Origin: Minisyncoccota bacterium | GTDB lineage: Bacteria; Patescibacteriota; Minisyncoccia; Phycocordibacterales; GCA-2401445 | Assembly (NCBI GenBank): GCA_040879725.1 | Contig: JBBDJV010000010.1 | Location: 52,892 to 116,891 of the forward strand | Direction: 5' to 3' | Length of the DNA stretch: 64,000 nt | In this document: piece after piece, positions 1 to 8,711 of the stretch | How positions within the stretch are numbered: position 1 is the first letter of the stretch | Layout of the letters: the number at the start of each line of letters is the position of its first letter | Translations under genes and position numbers: made by a program | The notes under the pieces: generated by a model | The model's input: the letters and a program-made list of their open reading frames with translations, nothing else | Told to the model about the DNA's origin: nothing | The model's database searches: none

Positions 1-2
1 CA

Positions 3-179
3 GATGTTGAGTTTACCGAAGACACAGAGCAACATATGGCAGAATTTGAAGCATTTGTAGATACTTTTGAGTATCGCGATGATATTACCCTCCTTGAGGT
101 TGAAGAGGCTCTAGGCTCAAATTCAAGCCTTGAGGAAGCTGTTCTTGAGGCAGTTGAGGAACAAGGACCAAGTAATTAG
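3..179 (+). CDS. 3' end of an acidic hypothetical protein (truncated by window edge)
   Basis: Open frame from position 3 (DVEFTEDTEQH...EEQGPSN*) ending at TAG 177-179, followed by a bidirectional terminator. Confidence 0.6.
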   Translation, partial: DVEFTEDTEQHMAEFEAFVDTFEYRDDITLLEVEEALGSNSSLEEAVLEAVEEQGPSN

Positions 180-189
180 TCTTCCAAAG

Positions 190-217
190 AAAAAAGCCCG
201 CATGTGCGGGCTTTTTT
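190..217. terminator. Bidirectional intrinsic terminator
   Basis: AAAAAAGCCCGC-ATGT-GCGGGCTTTTTT between convergent genes. Confidence 0.85.
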
Positions 218-225
218 CGTACGGA

Positions 226-498
226 TTATTTCACCGCGTCTTTTAGTGCCTTTGCAGGGCGGAACTTCGGAACTTTCATTGCTGGGACTTCGATTGTTTC
301 GCCGGTTCGCGGATTGCGTGCCTGGCGAGCAGCTCGAGCCTTTACAGAGAAGATACCAAGACCTGAGATTGAAACCTCGTCTCCTTTCTTCAGCGTGTTT
401 ACGATCGCATCAATAATACCGTCTACCACCTGTTCTGATTGAACTTTGGTTCCGTTGACGATACCGTGTACGACATCAACAAGTGCTTGTTTGTTCAT
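226..498 (-). CDS. hup: HU family DNA-binding protein
   Basis: MNKQAL...GLGIFSVKARAARQARNPRTGETIEVPAMKVPKFRPAKALK. Confidence 0.95.
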   Translation of the reverse strand: MNKQALVDVVHGIVNGTKVQSEQVVDGIIDAIVNTLKKGDEVSISGLGIFSVKARAARQARNPRTGETIEVPAMKVPKFRPAKALKDAVK

Positions 499-643
499 AT
501 GCATTTATGAAACTTACTTGTAATTAGCAATCGACCGATTCTCGACCGCAGTGTTTATCCGTGTAGGGTAAACTCAGTATGTATTATATAAAAGGGATTT
601 TTCGGCGCAATGCCTTGACTGGTTATCATATTTGTTTCGAAAT

Positions 644-688
644 AAAAAAAACACACTCGATTTTTTTAAAAATCGAGTGTGTTTTTTT
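644..688. terminator. Intrinsic terminator after rny
   Basis: A-tract ACACACTCGATTTT...AAAATCGAGTGTGT T-tract. Confidence 0.8.
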
Positions 689-690
689 GC

Positions 691-2217
691 TTAACGTGCG
701 AATTCGATGCACCGAGTTTCTCTAATAATGTTTACTTTTATCTCTCCTGGATACTTTAATTCCTGTTCAATTCTAAGTGCAATATTTCGAGCCATTTCTT
801 TTGCTTGCAAGTCGGTTACTTTCTCTGGATGAATAAATATTCTGATCTCTCTTCCTGCTTGCAGAGCGTATGATTTATCAACGCCCTCAAATGAGTTTGC
901 AATACCTTCCAAGTCGCTCAAACGCTTAAGATAGTTCTCTACCGAATCTCTTCGTGCTCCTGGTCGAGATCCTGAAATAGCGTCTGCTGCTTGAACAATT
1001 CTAGATTCGAGTGTTACGTAAGGATACTCCTCGTGGTGAGCTTCCATCGCTAGGACAATCTTTTCACTTGCTCCAAATTTCTGAAGAATTCTTCGTCCTA
1101 TTTCAACATGCGTGCCTTGTACTTCATGGTCAAGTGCCTTACCGATGTCGTGCACAAGCGCTCCTGTTTTCGCAACCGCAACATCCGCACCGAGTTCTTC
1201 CGCAATCATGCCGGCAATGTGTGACATTTCAATCGAGTGCTGAAGCACGTTTTGTCCGTAACTCGTTCTGAAGTACAGCCGTCCTAGGATAGAAACAATG
1301 CGCGGATCAAGGTTGTACACCCCACACTCGTACACTGCTTGCTCTCCTTTTTCTTTTGTTATTTTGCTTATTTCTTGTTTCGCTTTCTCTACAGACTCCT
1401 CAATTCGGGCTGGTTGGATACGTCCATCGAGGATAAGGTTTTCAAGTGCGAGTCGTGCTACCTGTCGTCTGATAGGATCGAAAGAAGAGATGGTAATAAT
1501 ACCTGGCGTATCATCAACTATCACTTCCACACCGCTTGCGCGCTCAAATGCTTTGATGTTTCGCCCCTCTTTACCGATAATTTTACCCTTAAGTTCATCT
1601 GACGGAATAGTGATGTTGGTAGACATAATGTCCGGCGCAACAGAGTTTGAAAGTCTTTGCACTGAAGTGGTAAGAATTTCCTGTGCCCGCCTTTCGAGGC
1701 GCTCTTCTGCTTGCAATTCGAGTTTTTGTGTTCGAACCAAAATATCCTCTTCGGCTTGTATCTCTACCACTTCCAAGAGTTTTTCTTTTGCTTCTTCTTG
1801 TGAGAGGTTTGCTATTTTCTCAAGTTCAATAACTTTCTCTTGCTCAAGCTTCTCGGTTTTTTCACGAATTGCTTTTATCTCCGCAACTTTTACTTTTATG
1901 TGTTCAACCTCTGTGTCGATATCACTTTGTCGCTTATCGAGTAATTCTTCTTTCTTAATAAGACGCTCTTCTGTTTTCTTGTACTTTTCCTCTTTTTCTT
2001 TTATTTCTTGTCGAGCGGCGATAAGTTCTTGTTCACCTTTTTTCTCCGCTTCAGTTACTATTTTCTTCGCTTCTTCTCGAGCTTCAAGCATCATTTGCTT
2101 GATCTCAAGCTCCATTGAGCCCCTCTTTCCCATCGATATGATGAGTCGAAGGAAATACCCAGCTGCAAGCCCCATAAGGGCCACTACTCCTAAAAGCAGT
2201 ATAATGTTTAATGACAT
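691..2217 (-). CDS. rny: Ribonuclease Y
   Basis: N-terminal TM helix, coiled coil, KH domain (KGKIIGKEGRNIK), HD domain (LVHDIGKA), C-terminal AGREIRIF...YPGEIKV. Confidence 0.97.
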   Translation of the reverse strand: MSLNIILLLGVVALMGLAAGYFLRLIISMGKRGSMELEIKQMMLEAREEAKKIVTEAEKKGEQELIAARQEIKEKEEKYKKTEERLIKKEELLDKRQSDIDTEVEHIKVKVAEIKAIREKTEKLEQEKVIELEKIANLSQEEAKEKLLEVVEIQAEEDILVRTQKLELQAEERLERRAQEILTTSVQRLSNSVAPDIMSTNITIPSDELKGKIIGKEGRNIKAFERASGVEVIVDDTPGIITISSFDPIRRQVARLALENLILDGRIQPARIEESVEKAKQEISKITKEKGEQAVYECGVYNLDPRIVSILGRLYFRTSYGQNVLQHSIEMSHIAGMIAEELGADVAVAKTGALVHDIGKALDHEVQGTHVEIGRRILQKFGASEKIVLAMEAHHEEYPYVTLESRIVQAADAISGSRPGARRDSVENYLKRLSDLEGIANSFEGVDKSYALQAGREIRIFIHPEKVTDLQAKEMARNIALRIEQELKYPGEIKVNIIRETRCIEFAR

Positions 2218-2430
2218 ACGCGTTTCAAACGCTCGCGTTTAGCGATACAGGTTTGCGGAAGTATTCAAAATAAGACTAAATATAAATAAAACGGGTGTGC
2301 TGGCGATCATGTCTGTTGTCTCTGATTGAATAACCATAAATTTCGTACCTCTTTCCTCTAAAAGCAAGCAATTCTTTAAATTACAATTAACGGATAAATA
2401 ATATCGTAAATATGGCGTATTGTCTATTTA

Positions 2431-2466
2431 AACAAAAAACCCGACAGGTATGTCGGGTTTTTTGTT
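2431..2466. terminator. Intrinsic terminator after clpP
   Basis: AACAAAAAACCCGACA-GGTA-TGTCGGGTTTTTTGTT. Confidence 0.85.
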
Positions 2467-2477
2467 TAAATAACTAA

Positions 2478-3068
2478 TTACAGTACTTTGTCTATAATTC
2501 CATATTTTTTAGCTTCATCAGCACTCATGTAGAAGTCGCGCTCTACGTCCGCTTCAACCTTTTTGAGGTCTTGTCCGGATGATTTTGCCAGTATTTTGTT
2601 CAACTTTTCACGCGTTTTGAGTATTTGTCGAGCAGTGATTTCGATTTCTGTCGCCTGTCCTTGGACTCCACCCCATGGCTGGTGAATCATAACTTCAGCA
2701 TTTGGAAGGGCGAAACGCTTTCCTTTTTTACCTGCAGAAAGCAGTACGGCACCCGCGGAAGCAGCGATACCGACACAGAAAGTAGATACATCATTTTTAA
2801 TGAGGTTCATAGTGTCGAGAATAGCGAGAGCTGCGGTTACTGAACCTCCTGGTGAGTTAATATACAGAGAAACATCCTTTTTAGGGTCTTCAGATTGCAA
2901 AAAGAGCAACTGAGCAATGATGATATTTGCAGTATGGTCGTCAATCGGCCCGCCAAGGAAAATAATATGATCCTTAAGTAACCGTGAGTAAATATCGTAT
3001 GCACGTTCTCCGTAAGGTGTTTTTTCTACAACCGTAGGGATTAGTGTGTAATTTTGTATATTTTGCAT
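2478..3068 (-). CDS. clpP: ATP-dependent Clp protease proteolytic subunit
   Basis: [34 protein letters not shown]; start moved to ATG 3068, 6 nt after a TG-G-TATGCT -10 box. Confidence 0.97.
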   Translation of the reverse strand: MQNIQNYTLIPTVVEKTPYGERAYDIYSRLLKDHIIFLGGPIDDHTANIIIAQLLFLQSEDPKKDVSLYINSPGGSVTAALAILDTMNLIKNDVSTFCVGIAASAGAVLLSAGKKGKRFALPNAEVMIHQPWGGVQGQATEIEITARQILKTREKLNKILAKSSGQDLKKVEADVERDFYMSADEAKKYGIIDKVL

Positions 3069-3139
3069 GCAAAAAGCATACCACAAAGAGTATATATTGA
3101 CAAGTTTTGAGAGGTGTTCTATTGTGTGGGGAGATTATT

Positions 3140-3403
3140 ATGAAACACAAACAGAGATACTACCAACCGGTCTACCTTCCACTCAGTAAAGGAAGGGTAG
3201 TGCAAAGCATTATCGTTCTTTGGGCAGCTTTTTTACCGCTTGTGCTGGCGGTAATCCATGGCTTGGAATTCTTGTACATCCAAGGTCTCAACAAGATCCT
3301 TACTTTCGGGGGAGGAATTCCATTTCTCCTCTTCAACATTCTTTTGGTTGCACTCGCAGCACTTGTGCTCCACCACATCTGGAAGAGAAGTGGCTACAAG
3401 TAG
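3140..3403 (+). CDS. Small two-TM hypothetical membrane protein
   Basis: ATG 3140 preceded by GGAG; two hydrophobic segments; hairpin terminator at 3418-3448. Confidence 0.6.
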   Translation: MKHKQRYYQPVYLPLSKGRVVQSIIVLWAAFLPLVLAVIHGLEFLYIQGLNKILTFGGGIPFLLFNILLVALAALVLHHIWKRSGYK

Positions 3404-3483
3404 GCGCCCCTTTACACAAAACCCCGACGCATTAGCGTTCGGGGTTTTCTTGCGTGCGGAAGTACATTTTGTATACTCTCAGT

Positions 3484-4170
3484 ATGCGTTTACATCGATT
3501 CTACTCAGAACAATCTCTCCCTGTTGCGGGAGTTTTTTCCTACACAAATGAAAATCAGATTCATCAGTGGTCGCGTGTGTTTCGCTATAAATCGGGCGAC
3601 AGGGTACTTCTCTTTGATGGAACAGATAAAGATGTGGAGTGTGTTATCGAGTCACTTGAGAAACAGAGCGCCACACTTTCTGTAAACAGCATAACAGAAA
3701 GTCCTGCAGGCAAACGAGAGAAAGAGGTTACCTTATATTTTTCTCTTCTCAAAGGAAGTATGTCTGATTTTGTTTTGGAGAAAGCAGTTGAAATGGGAGT
3801 TTCTCATATTGTTCCATTAGTAACAACCCACAGTGAAAAAAGAGAAATAAATATGGAGCGCGCAAGAAAGACAATAGTCGAAGCGTGCGAACAGTCTGGA
3901 TGGGGAAGTGTGCCAAGTATTTCAGAGCCGATAGATAGTAAAGATATTCCATTAGGAAGTGGTACGGTTGTATTTGATCAATCAGGAGAAAAAAATTCTC
4001 ACGGGTTTGGCGAAGTAAAGAATATTGTGATTGGTCCTGAGGGTGGATGGAGTAGTGATGAGCGTGAGTATTTTGAAAAACAACAAGCTCGGATAGTTTC
4101 TTTAAATAGCGCTACCCTGCGCGCTGAAACAGCTATACTCGTAGCGCTTGCGCGCACGCTTTCACTATAA
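3484..4170 (+). CDS. rsmE: 16S rRNA m3U1498 methyltransferase RsmE
   Basis: MRLHRF, EKAVEMGV, EACEQS, IGPEGGW, LRAETA motifs. Confidence 0.95.
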   Translation: MRLHRFYSEQSLPVAGVFSYTNENQIHQWSRVFRYKSGDRVLLFDGTDKDVECVIESLEKQSATLSVNSITESPAGKREKEVTLYFSLLKGSMSDFVLEKAVEMGVSHIVPLVTTHSEKREINMERARKTIVEACEQSGWGSVPSISEPIDSKDIPLGSGTVVFDQSGEKNSHGFGEVKNIVIGPEGGWSSDEREYFEKQQARIVSLNSATLRAETAILVALARTLSL

Positions 4171-4201
4171 AAAAACCGCACAGTATACTGTGCGGTTTTT
4201 T
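4169..4201. terminator. Bidirectional terminator rsmE/tig
   Basis: AAAAAACCGCACAG-TATA-CTGTGCGGTTTTTT. Confidence 0.85.
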
Positions 4202-4202
4202 A

Positions 4203-5249
4203 TTATTTTATCTCTTCGAGGAAACGAAATACCGCTTCATTAGTGAGAGCGTTTAATACATAGAGTCGAGCTCGTTCAGGGTCTGCATTTTTATGGTGCT
4301 CAAGCAAGTGCTGTGTTTCTTCTTCGACACGCTTAGGGTCTGCGCTGATAGACTCCTTTTTAGATATTGCACCGAGTGCAAGGTGGAGCTTTGCTCTTTT
4401 TTCCGCGTCAGGCTTCATTGAAGTTTTTATTTCCTCCTCGGTCTTTTTTGCATTCTCAAGATAGGCTTCCACAGTCATTCCTGAGCGAGTGACATTGTCG
4501 ACAAAAGTTGCGTATAGCTTTTGCAGTTCAGAATCAACAAATACTTCCGGCATATCTACTTTTGTTTCCTCAACAATTTTTTCTACCATAGCAAGTCGCT
4601 TTTTTTCTCGCGCTTGTATTTCCTTTTCTTTTTTCAGTCCTCCACGTACTTTGTCTTCGAAATCTGAAACATCAGTGAAGTCACCTAGTGTTTTTACAAA
4701 TTCATCAGTAATTTCCGGTAGTTTAGCTTCAGTGTCTTTCTTTTCTCCTTCAGCAGGCTTTGGAGCATGTATTTCCTGTATTCGTTTTATTGTTTGCTTG
4801 TACTCATCCTCAGTAACCTCTGTGTCTCCCTTTTGAGCAATAACATCTTGTGCGATTTTCTTGTAGTCAGGCAAGGTAACTTCAGGCATGATAAGTGTGG
4901 TTGCTTTGAATTCAAGCGGACTCCCTTCGGCTATCTTAGTAATAGTAACTTGCGGTGATCCAAGAGCGTCAATTTTTTTATCTGCAACAATCGCAGGGTA
5001 TGCATCTCTGATTGCAAAATCAGCCATTTCGTATAAAACAGCTTCATTTCCCACTTTTGAAATGAGCATATCCTCGGGCACTTTCCCTTTTCTGAACCCG
5101 TCTATTGAGATGGACTCTCCAAGTTTTGAAAGCGCCTTCTTTTTGTAACTGCTAAATTGCTCGGCTGAAACACTTGCGGTTATTTCAACTTGTGAACCGG
5201 GCAGGTTTTTTATGGTGCATGTATCAAATGTGTTTTGTGACATAGTCAT
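4203..5249 (-). CDS. tig: Trigger factor, short form apparently lacking the PPIase domain
   Basis: Ribosome-binding signature IDGFRKGKVP; 348 aa; no FKBP-like segment recognisable. Confidence 0.92.
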   Translation of the reverse strand: MTMSQNTFDTCTIKNLPGSQVEITASVSAEQFSSYKKKALSKLGESISIDGFRKGKVPEDMLISKVGNEAVLYEMADFAIRDAYPAIVADKKIDALGSPQVTITKIAEGSPLEFKATTLIMPEVTLPDYKKIAQDVIAQKGDTEVTEDEYKQTIKRIQEIHAPKPAEGEKKDTEAKLPEITDEFVKTLGDFTDVSDFEDKVRGGLKKEKEIQAREKKRLAMVEKIVEETKVDMPEVFVDSELQKLYATFVDNVTRSGMTVEAYLENAKKTEEEIKTSMKPDAEKRAKLHLALGAISKKESISADPKRVEEETQHLLEHHKNADPERARLYVLNALTNEAVFRFLEEIK

Positions 5250-5319
5250 TGCAGTGTAACGTATTTTTGAAATTTCGCAAGTAAAAACCCCACATCCGTG
5301 GGGTTTTTAGGTAGATGGT

Positions 5320-5721
5320 TTATTGGCCGTATTCTGCTTCAAGCTCAGCTTCAATATTTGCCATTTCCGCATCAAGTTCGTCTAAATCTGTTTGGTTTAT
5401 ATCTGATTCTATAGAGGCGATTTCATCTGAATTACTTTGCGTCTCAAGTGCTTGTGTTTGTTCGTCTTCGTTTGGTATTGGTGCAGTTGTGTCTATGTCC
5501 GAAGCACTCTCATTTGTTTCCATATCTGCTTTGTCCACTCGTTCGCTCCAGAAAAAGATACCACCAAGTATGATGACAACAATTACAATTACCGAACCGA
5601 TAATCGGACCCATGGTTCCTTCTTTGGGAGCATCAGCCGGCTGTAGCGGTTCATTTGGAGAAGCTTCTTCTGGGTTTTGTGTAACCTGCTCCTCTTGCTT
5701 CGTGTTTTGTTCTTCGTTCAT
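5320..5721 (-). CDS. Single-pass acidic membrane protein
   Basis: One TM helix (GPIIGSVIVIVVIILGGIFFW), acidic tail with SDEIASIESD; terminator at 5283-5308. Confidence 0.75.
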   Translation of the reverse strand: MNEEQNTKQEEQVTQNPEEASPNEPLQPADAPKEGTMGPIIGSVIVIVVIILGGIFFWSERVDKADMETNESASDIDTTAPIPNEDEQTQALETQSNSDEIASIESDINQTDLDELDAEMANIEAELEAEYGQ

Positions 5722-5738
5722 ACGCTATACGTTAATTA

Positions 5739-6521
5739 TTAATTTGATTCTGTTGTTGATGTTTCCTCTGCATCTCCTGATTCTTCTTCATCACTGTCAT
5801 CTGTAGTGTTTTCTTCCGGAAGTTGTGCTACGAGTTCATCTTTTAGGGTTTGAATAGCAAGAACGGTAGCTCTGTGCGCTTCTTTAATATCTGTGTGTGC
5901 GTCTCGAAGTACTTGTTTCATTTCTTCAAAAACAGTTCGAGGATTTTCGTCTATAAGCATGGTTGATCCAAGATCAAGAGCGGTCGCCACCGATCTTCGA
6001 GCGGTGACAAGAGCTTCCTCAATGTTTAAGAGTGCCTCTTCAGTTTTCGGGAAAGAGAATCCGCGTTCTTCAAGTTTAACCTTACGAGATTCGATTCTCA
6101 TTGCGAAACCTTCAATGCGTTCTATCGCGCTTTCAAATCTCTGAATAATTCTTCGAATATATTTTTCAACTCTTTCTTTTCTTTCTTCTGATAGTCTCTG
6201 CTTTCGTTCCTCCTGTTTTTCTCGCATTTCAGTGGTAACAGCTTCTTTTCTTTCAGTGAGCTCAGCCTTTTTTTCTGCTTGCTGTGCGCGTAGTTCTGCT
6301 TGTCGAGCATCCTTATTTTCTTTTTGCTCTTGGCGACTTTGCTCCATTCTTTCTTTGTTTTCTGATGCAGAAGTGCGCTGTACTTCTGAACTTTCTTGGT
6401 CTGCAGATGTGACTTCTTCTTCAGCAGATACGCTGTAGACTCCTCCCAAAAGAATGAGAAAACCAAACAGAATTCCCAAAATAAGAGAAAGGTGAACTGA
6501 TGATAAATATGTGTGCTTCAT
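5739..6521 (-). CDS. Secreted coiled-coil hypothetical protein
   Basis: Signal peptide ending VSA-E, long E/K/R-rich helical region. Confidence 0.75.
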   Translation of the reverse strand: MKHTYLSSVHLSLILGILFGFLILLGGVYSVSAEEEVTSADQESSEVQRTSASENKERMEQSRQEQKENKDARQAELRAQQAEKKAELTERKEAVTTEMREKQEERKQRLSEERKERVEKYIRRIIQRFESAIERIEGFAMRIESRKVKLEERGFSFPKTEEALLNIEEALVTARRSVATALDLGSTMLIDENPRTVFEEMKQVLRDAHTDIKEAHRATVLAIQTLKDELVAQLPEENTTDDSDEEESGDAEETSTTESN

Positions 6522-6604
6522 AAAAATAATATTACATTAGGAATAGTTAATATCTCCTCCCCAAATTATACCCCATTTTTTAGTGATGAACACTAGCGCT
6601 TTTC

Positions 6605-6645
6605 ACTCTCTACTAAACGAGGTTTAGTTTTGTTTGGTGGAGAGT
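6605..6645. repeat. Decayed copy of the AACGAGGTTWAACCTCGTT palindrome
   Basis: CTCTCTACTAAACGAGGTT-T-AGTTTTGTTTGGTGGAGAG: 19-bp arms pair fully with six G-T wobbles. Confidence 0.55.
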
Positions 6646-6659
6646 TGTTTTGCTAGAGG

Positions 6660-6693
6660 AACGAAAAATACCGCTTTCGCGGTATTTTTCGTT
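6660..6693. terminator. Intrinsic terminator after ppa
   Basis: AACGAAAAATACCGC-TTTC-GCGGTATTTTTCGTT. Confidence 0.85.
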
Positions 6694-6700
6694 CTTTGTT

Positions 6701-7237
6701 CTATTTACTAAACTTTTTGTTGTAGAGCTTTACGGAGCGTACGATAGCGTCCATTGCGCTTTTCTTGTTCTTAAACTTTTTGATTTGAACCACATCACCC
6801 TTTCCTTTAAGTTCTTTGTAGGTTTCAAAGAAGTGCTGAAACTCTTTGAGTGTGTGCTTATTAACATCAGTGATATCCTGCACGTCTGTCCATCGTTTAT
6901 CCTCAACAGGAACAGCGATTACTTTGTAGTCTGATTCACCAGAGTCAATCATTTCTATAACACCAACCGGACGAACTCGTACAAGTATTCCTGGATGAAG
7001 TGGGAAGGTGCTTAGCACGATAACATCGAGTGCATCATTGTCATCCCAAAGTGTTTGCGGCGCGAAACCGTAGTCAAATGGGTACGGGTGACTCGAGTAG
7101 TTTGCGCGGTCGAGCGCAATAAGGCCAGTAGTTTTGTCTATTTCGTATTTATTGTTTGAACCTTTTGGAATTTCAATAATTGTATTAAATTCCTCTGGTG
7201 TGTTCTCGCCGAGCGAGACCTCGTGCCATAAATTCAT
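6701..7237 (-). CDS. ppa: Inorganic pyrophosphatase (family I)
   Basis: IEIPKGSNNKYE, YPFDYGFAPQT, DDNDALDVIV, DSGESDYK, FFETYKEL. Confidence 0.96.
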   Translation of the reverse strand: MNLWHEVSLGENTPEEFNTIIEIPKGSNNKYEIDKTTGLIALDRANYSSHPYPFDYGFAPQTLWDDNDALDVIVLSTFPLHPGILVRVRPVGVIEMIDSGESDYKVIAVPVEDKRWTDVQDITDVNKHTLKEFQHFFETYKELKGKGDVVQIKKFKNKKSAMDAIVRSVKLYNKKFSK

Positions 7238-7261
7238 GATATATGATGTTACTTAGTAATA

Positions 7262-8554
7262 CTATTTCTTCTCTTCTTCTGTTTGTGTTTCTGGAGTAGG
7301 CTCTTCCGCGTTGGCAACAGGAGGCACTTCTTCGGTTGCTGTTTCTTCTGCTACCACTTCTTCCTTAGGTTCTTCTGTTACTTCTTCAGGAGTTGTTTCT
7401 GCTACTGGAGCCTTTTCTCTTTTTTCGGTAACCACTGGGTTTCCATCTGCATCAACAGAGTGAATGTCGATTTTCCATCCAGTTAGCTTTGCAGCGAGAC
7501 GGACATTCTGTCCACCTTTTCCGATTGCAAGTGACTGTTGGTCGGCAAGCACCTCAACGGTTGCTACATGCTCTGCTTCTTTAAGGGTAACGCTTTGTAC
7601 TTTTGCGGGTGAAAGAGCGTCTTCGATAAACGCTTCGGTATTTTCAGACCATTCAATAATATCAATTTTTTCACCATTGAGCTCACTCATAACAGTAGAA
7701 ACTCTGACTCCACGTTGTCCCACGAGTGCTCCGATAGGATCAATGTGGTCATCGTTTGTTGTTACTGCTACTTTAGATCGTGACCCTGGTTCGCGAGCAA
7801 CATTTTTTATCTCTACGGTACCGCTTGCTATTTCTGGTGCTTCGATTTCAAAAAGCTTTTTAAGAAACTGTGGGTGAGAGCGGGAGAGTTTTAGGAATAA
7901 TCCTCTTTGTGTTTCTTCTACACGGTAAAGGTACGCACGGATACGTTCTCCTTGCTTGTATCGCTCTCCAGGGATTTGCTCATCGTGTGAGATAACACCG
8001 GTTGCGCGAGTAAGGTCCACAAAGATGTTTCCTCGGTCGATTCTTTGTACGGTTCCTGATACTATTTCTCCTTCTTTTTGACCGTATTCACCCATAACAG
8101 ATACCTTTTCCGCCTCACGAATTTTCTGAATAATTACCTGTTTAGCTGTTTGTGCTGCAATTCTTCCGTAGTCTGCTTTGTTTTCGAGTGGAAATACCAG
8201 TTCGTCATCTAGTTTTGCATCCTTTTTAATTTTCTTTGCATCTTCGAGCATGATATGGTGTTCCGGATTGTATCGAACACGTTCGTCATTTGGATCGACT
8301 TCCTCCTCCTCTTCTTCTCCTTCAGGAACAACCCGAACACGTGAATCATCTACAACGATTTTCACCTGAACGAATTCTACTCCTCCTGTTCCGATATCAA
8401 ACTGAGCGCGGATAATTTGCCCTTTTTTTCCGTATTCCTTTTTGTATGCGGTAGAAAGTGCAACTTCGATAGCGTCAATAATACGTGCGCGGGGGATACC
8501 TCGCTCTTCTTCGAGCTGTTCTAGAACAGAGTTAATAACTTTTAAGTCAAACAT
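7262..8554 (-). CDS. nusA: Transcription termination/antitermination factor NusA
   Basis: GRIAAQTAKQV, S1 domain, AREPGSRSKVAV, AIGKGGQNVRLAAKLTGWKIDI; start at ATG 8554. Confidence 0.97.
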   Translation of the reverse strand: MFDLKVINSVLEQLEEERGIPRARIIDAIEVALSTAYKKEYGKKGQIIRAQFDIGTGGVEFVQVKIVVDDSRVRVVPEGEEEEEEVDPNDERVRYNPEHHIMLEDAKKIKKDAKLDDELVFPLENKADYGRIAAQTAKQVIIQKIREAEKVSVMGEYGQKEGEIVSGTVQRIDRGNIFVDLTRATGVISHDEQIPGERYKQGERIRAYLYRVEETQRGLFLKLSRSHPQFLKKLFEIEAPEIASGTVEIKNVAREPGSRSKVAVTTNDDHIDPIGALVGQRGVRVSTVMSELNGEKIDIIEWSENTEAFIEDALSPAKVQSVTLKEAEHVATVEVLADQQSLAIGKGGQNVRLAAKLTGWKIDIHSVDADGNPVVTEKREKAPVAETTPEEVTEEPKEEVVAEETATEEVPPVANAEEPTPETQTEEEKK

Positions 8555-8711
8555 TGATTTTTCTATTATTTGATAAAAAAATAAGCCCGCCTTCAGGCGA
8601 ACCATTCATCCATTGCTTTCGTAATGTACCTCCACTATACCAAATAAAGTAAATTTTTGTCAATACCAAGCTTTTTAGTGGTTTTTAGGCGATTATCCAA
8701 TCCAAGTTCAT

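Noticed and set aside
1298-2242. 314-aa + strand ORF and many similar antisense ORFs across the window
   Set aside because: Shadow frames of well-conserved genes (rny, tig, nusA, fusA, ribosomal proteins) with Ser/Phe-rich, non-protein-like composition.
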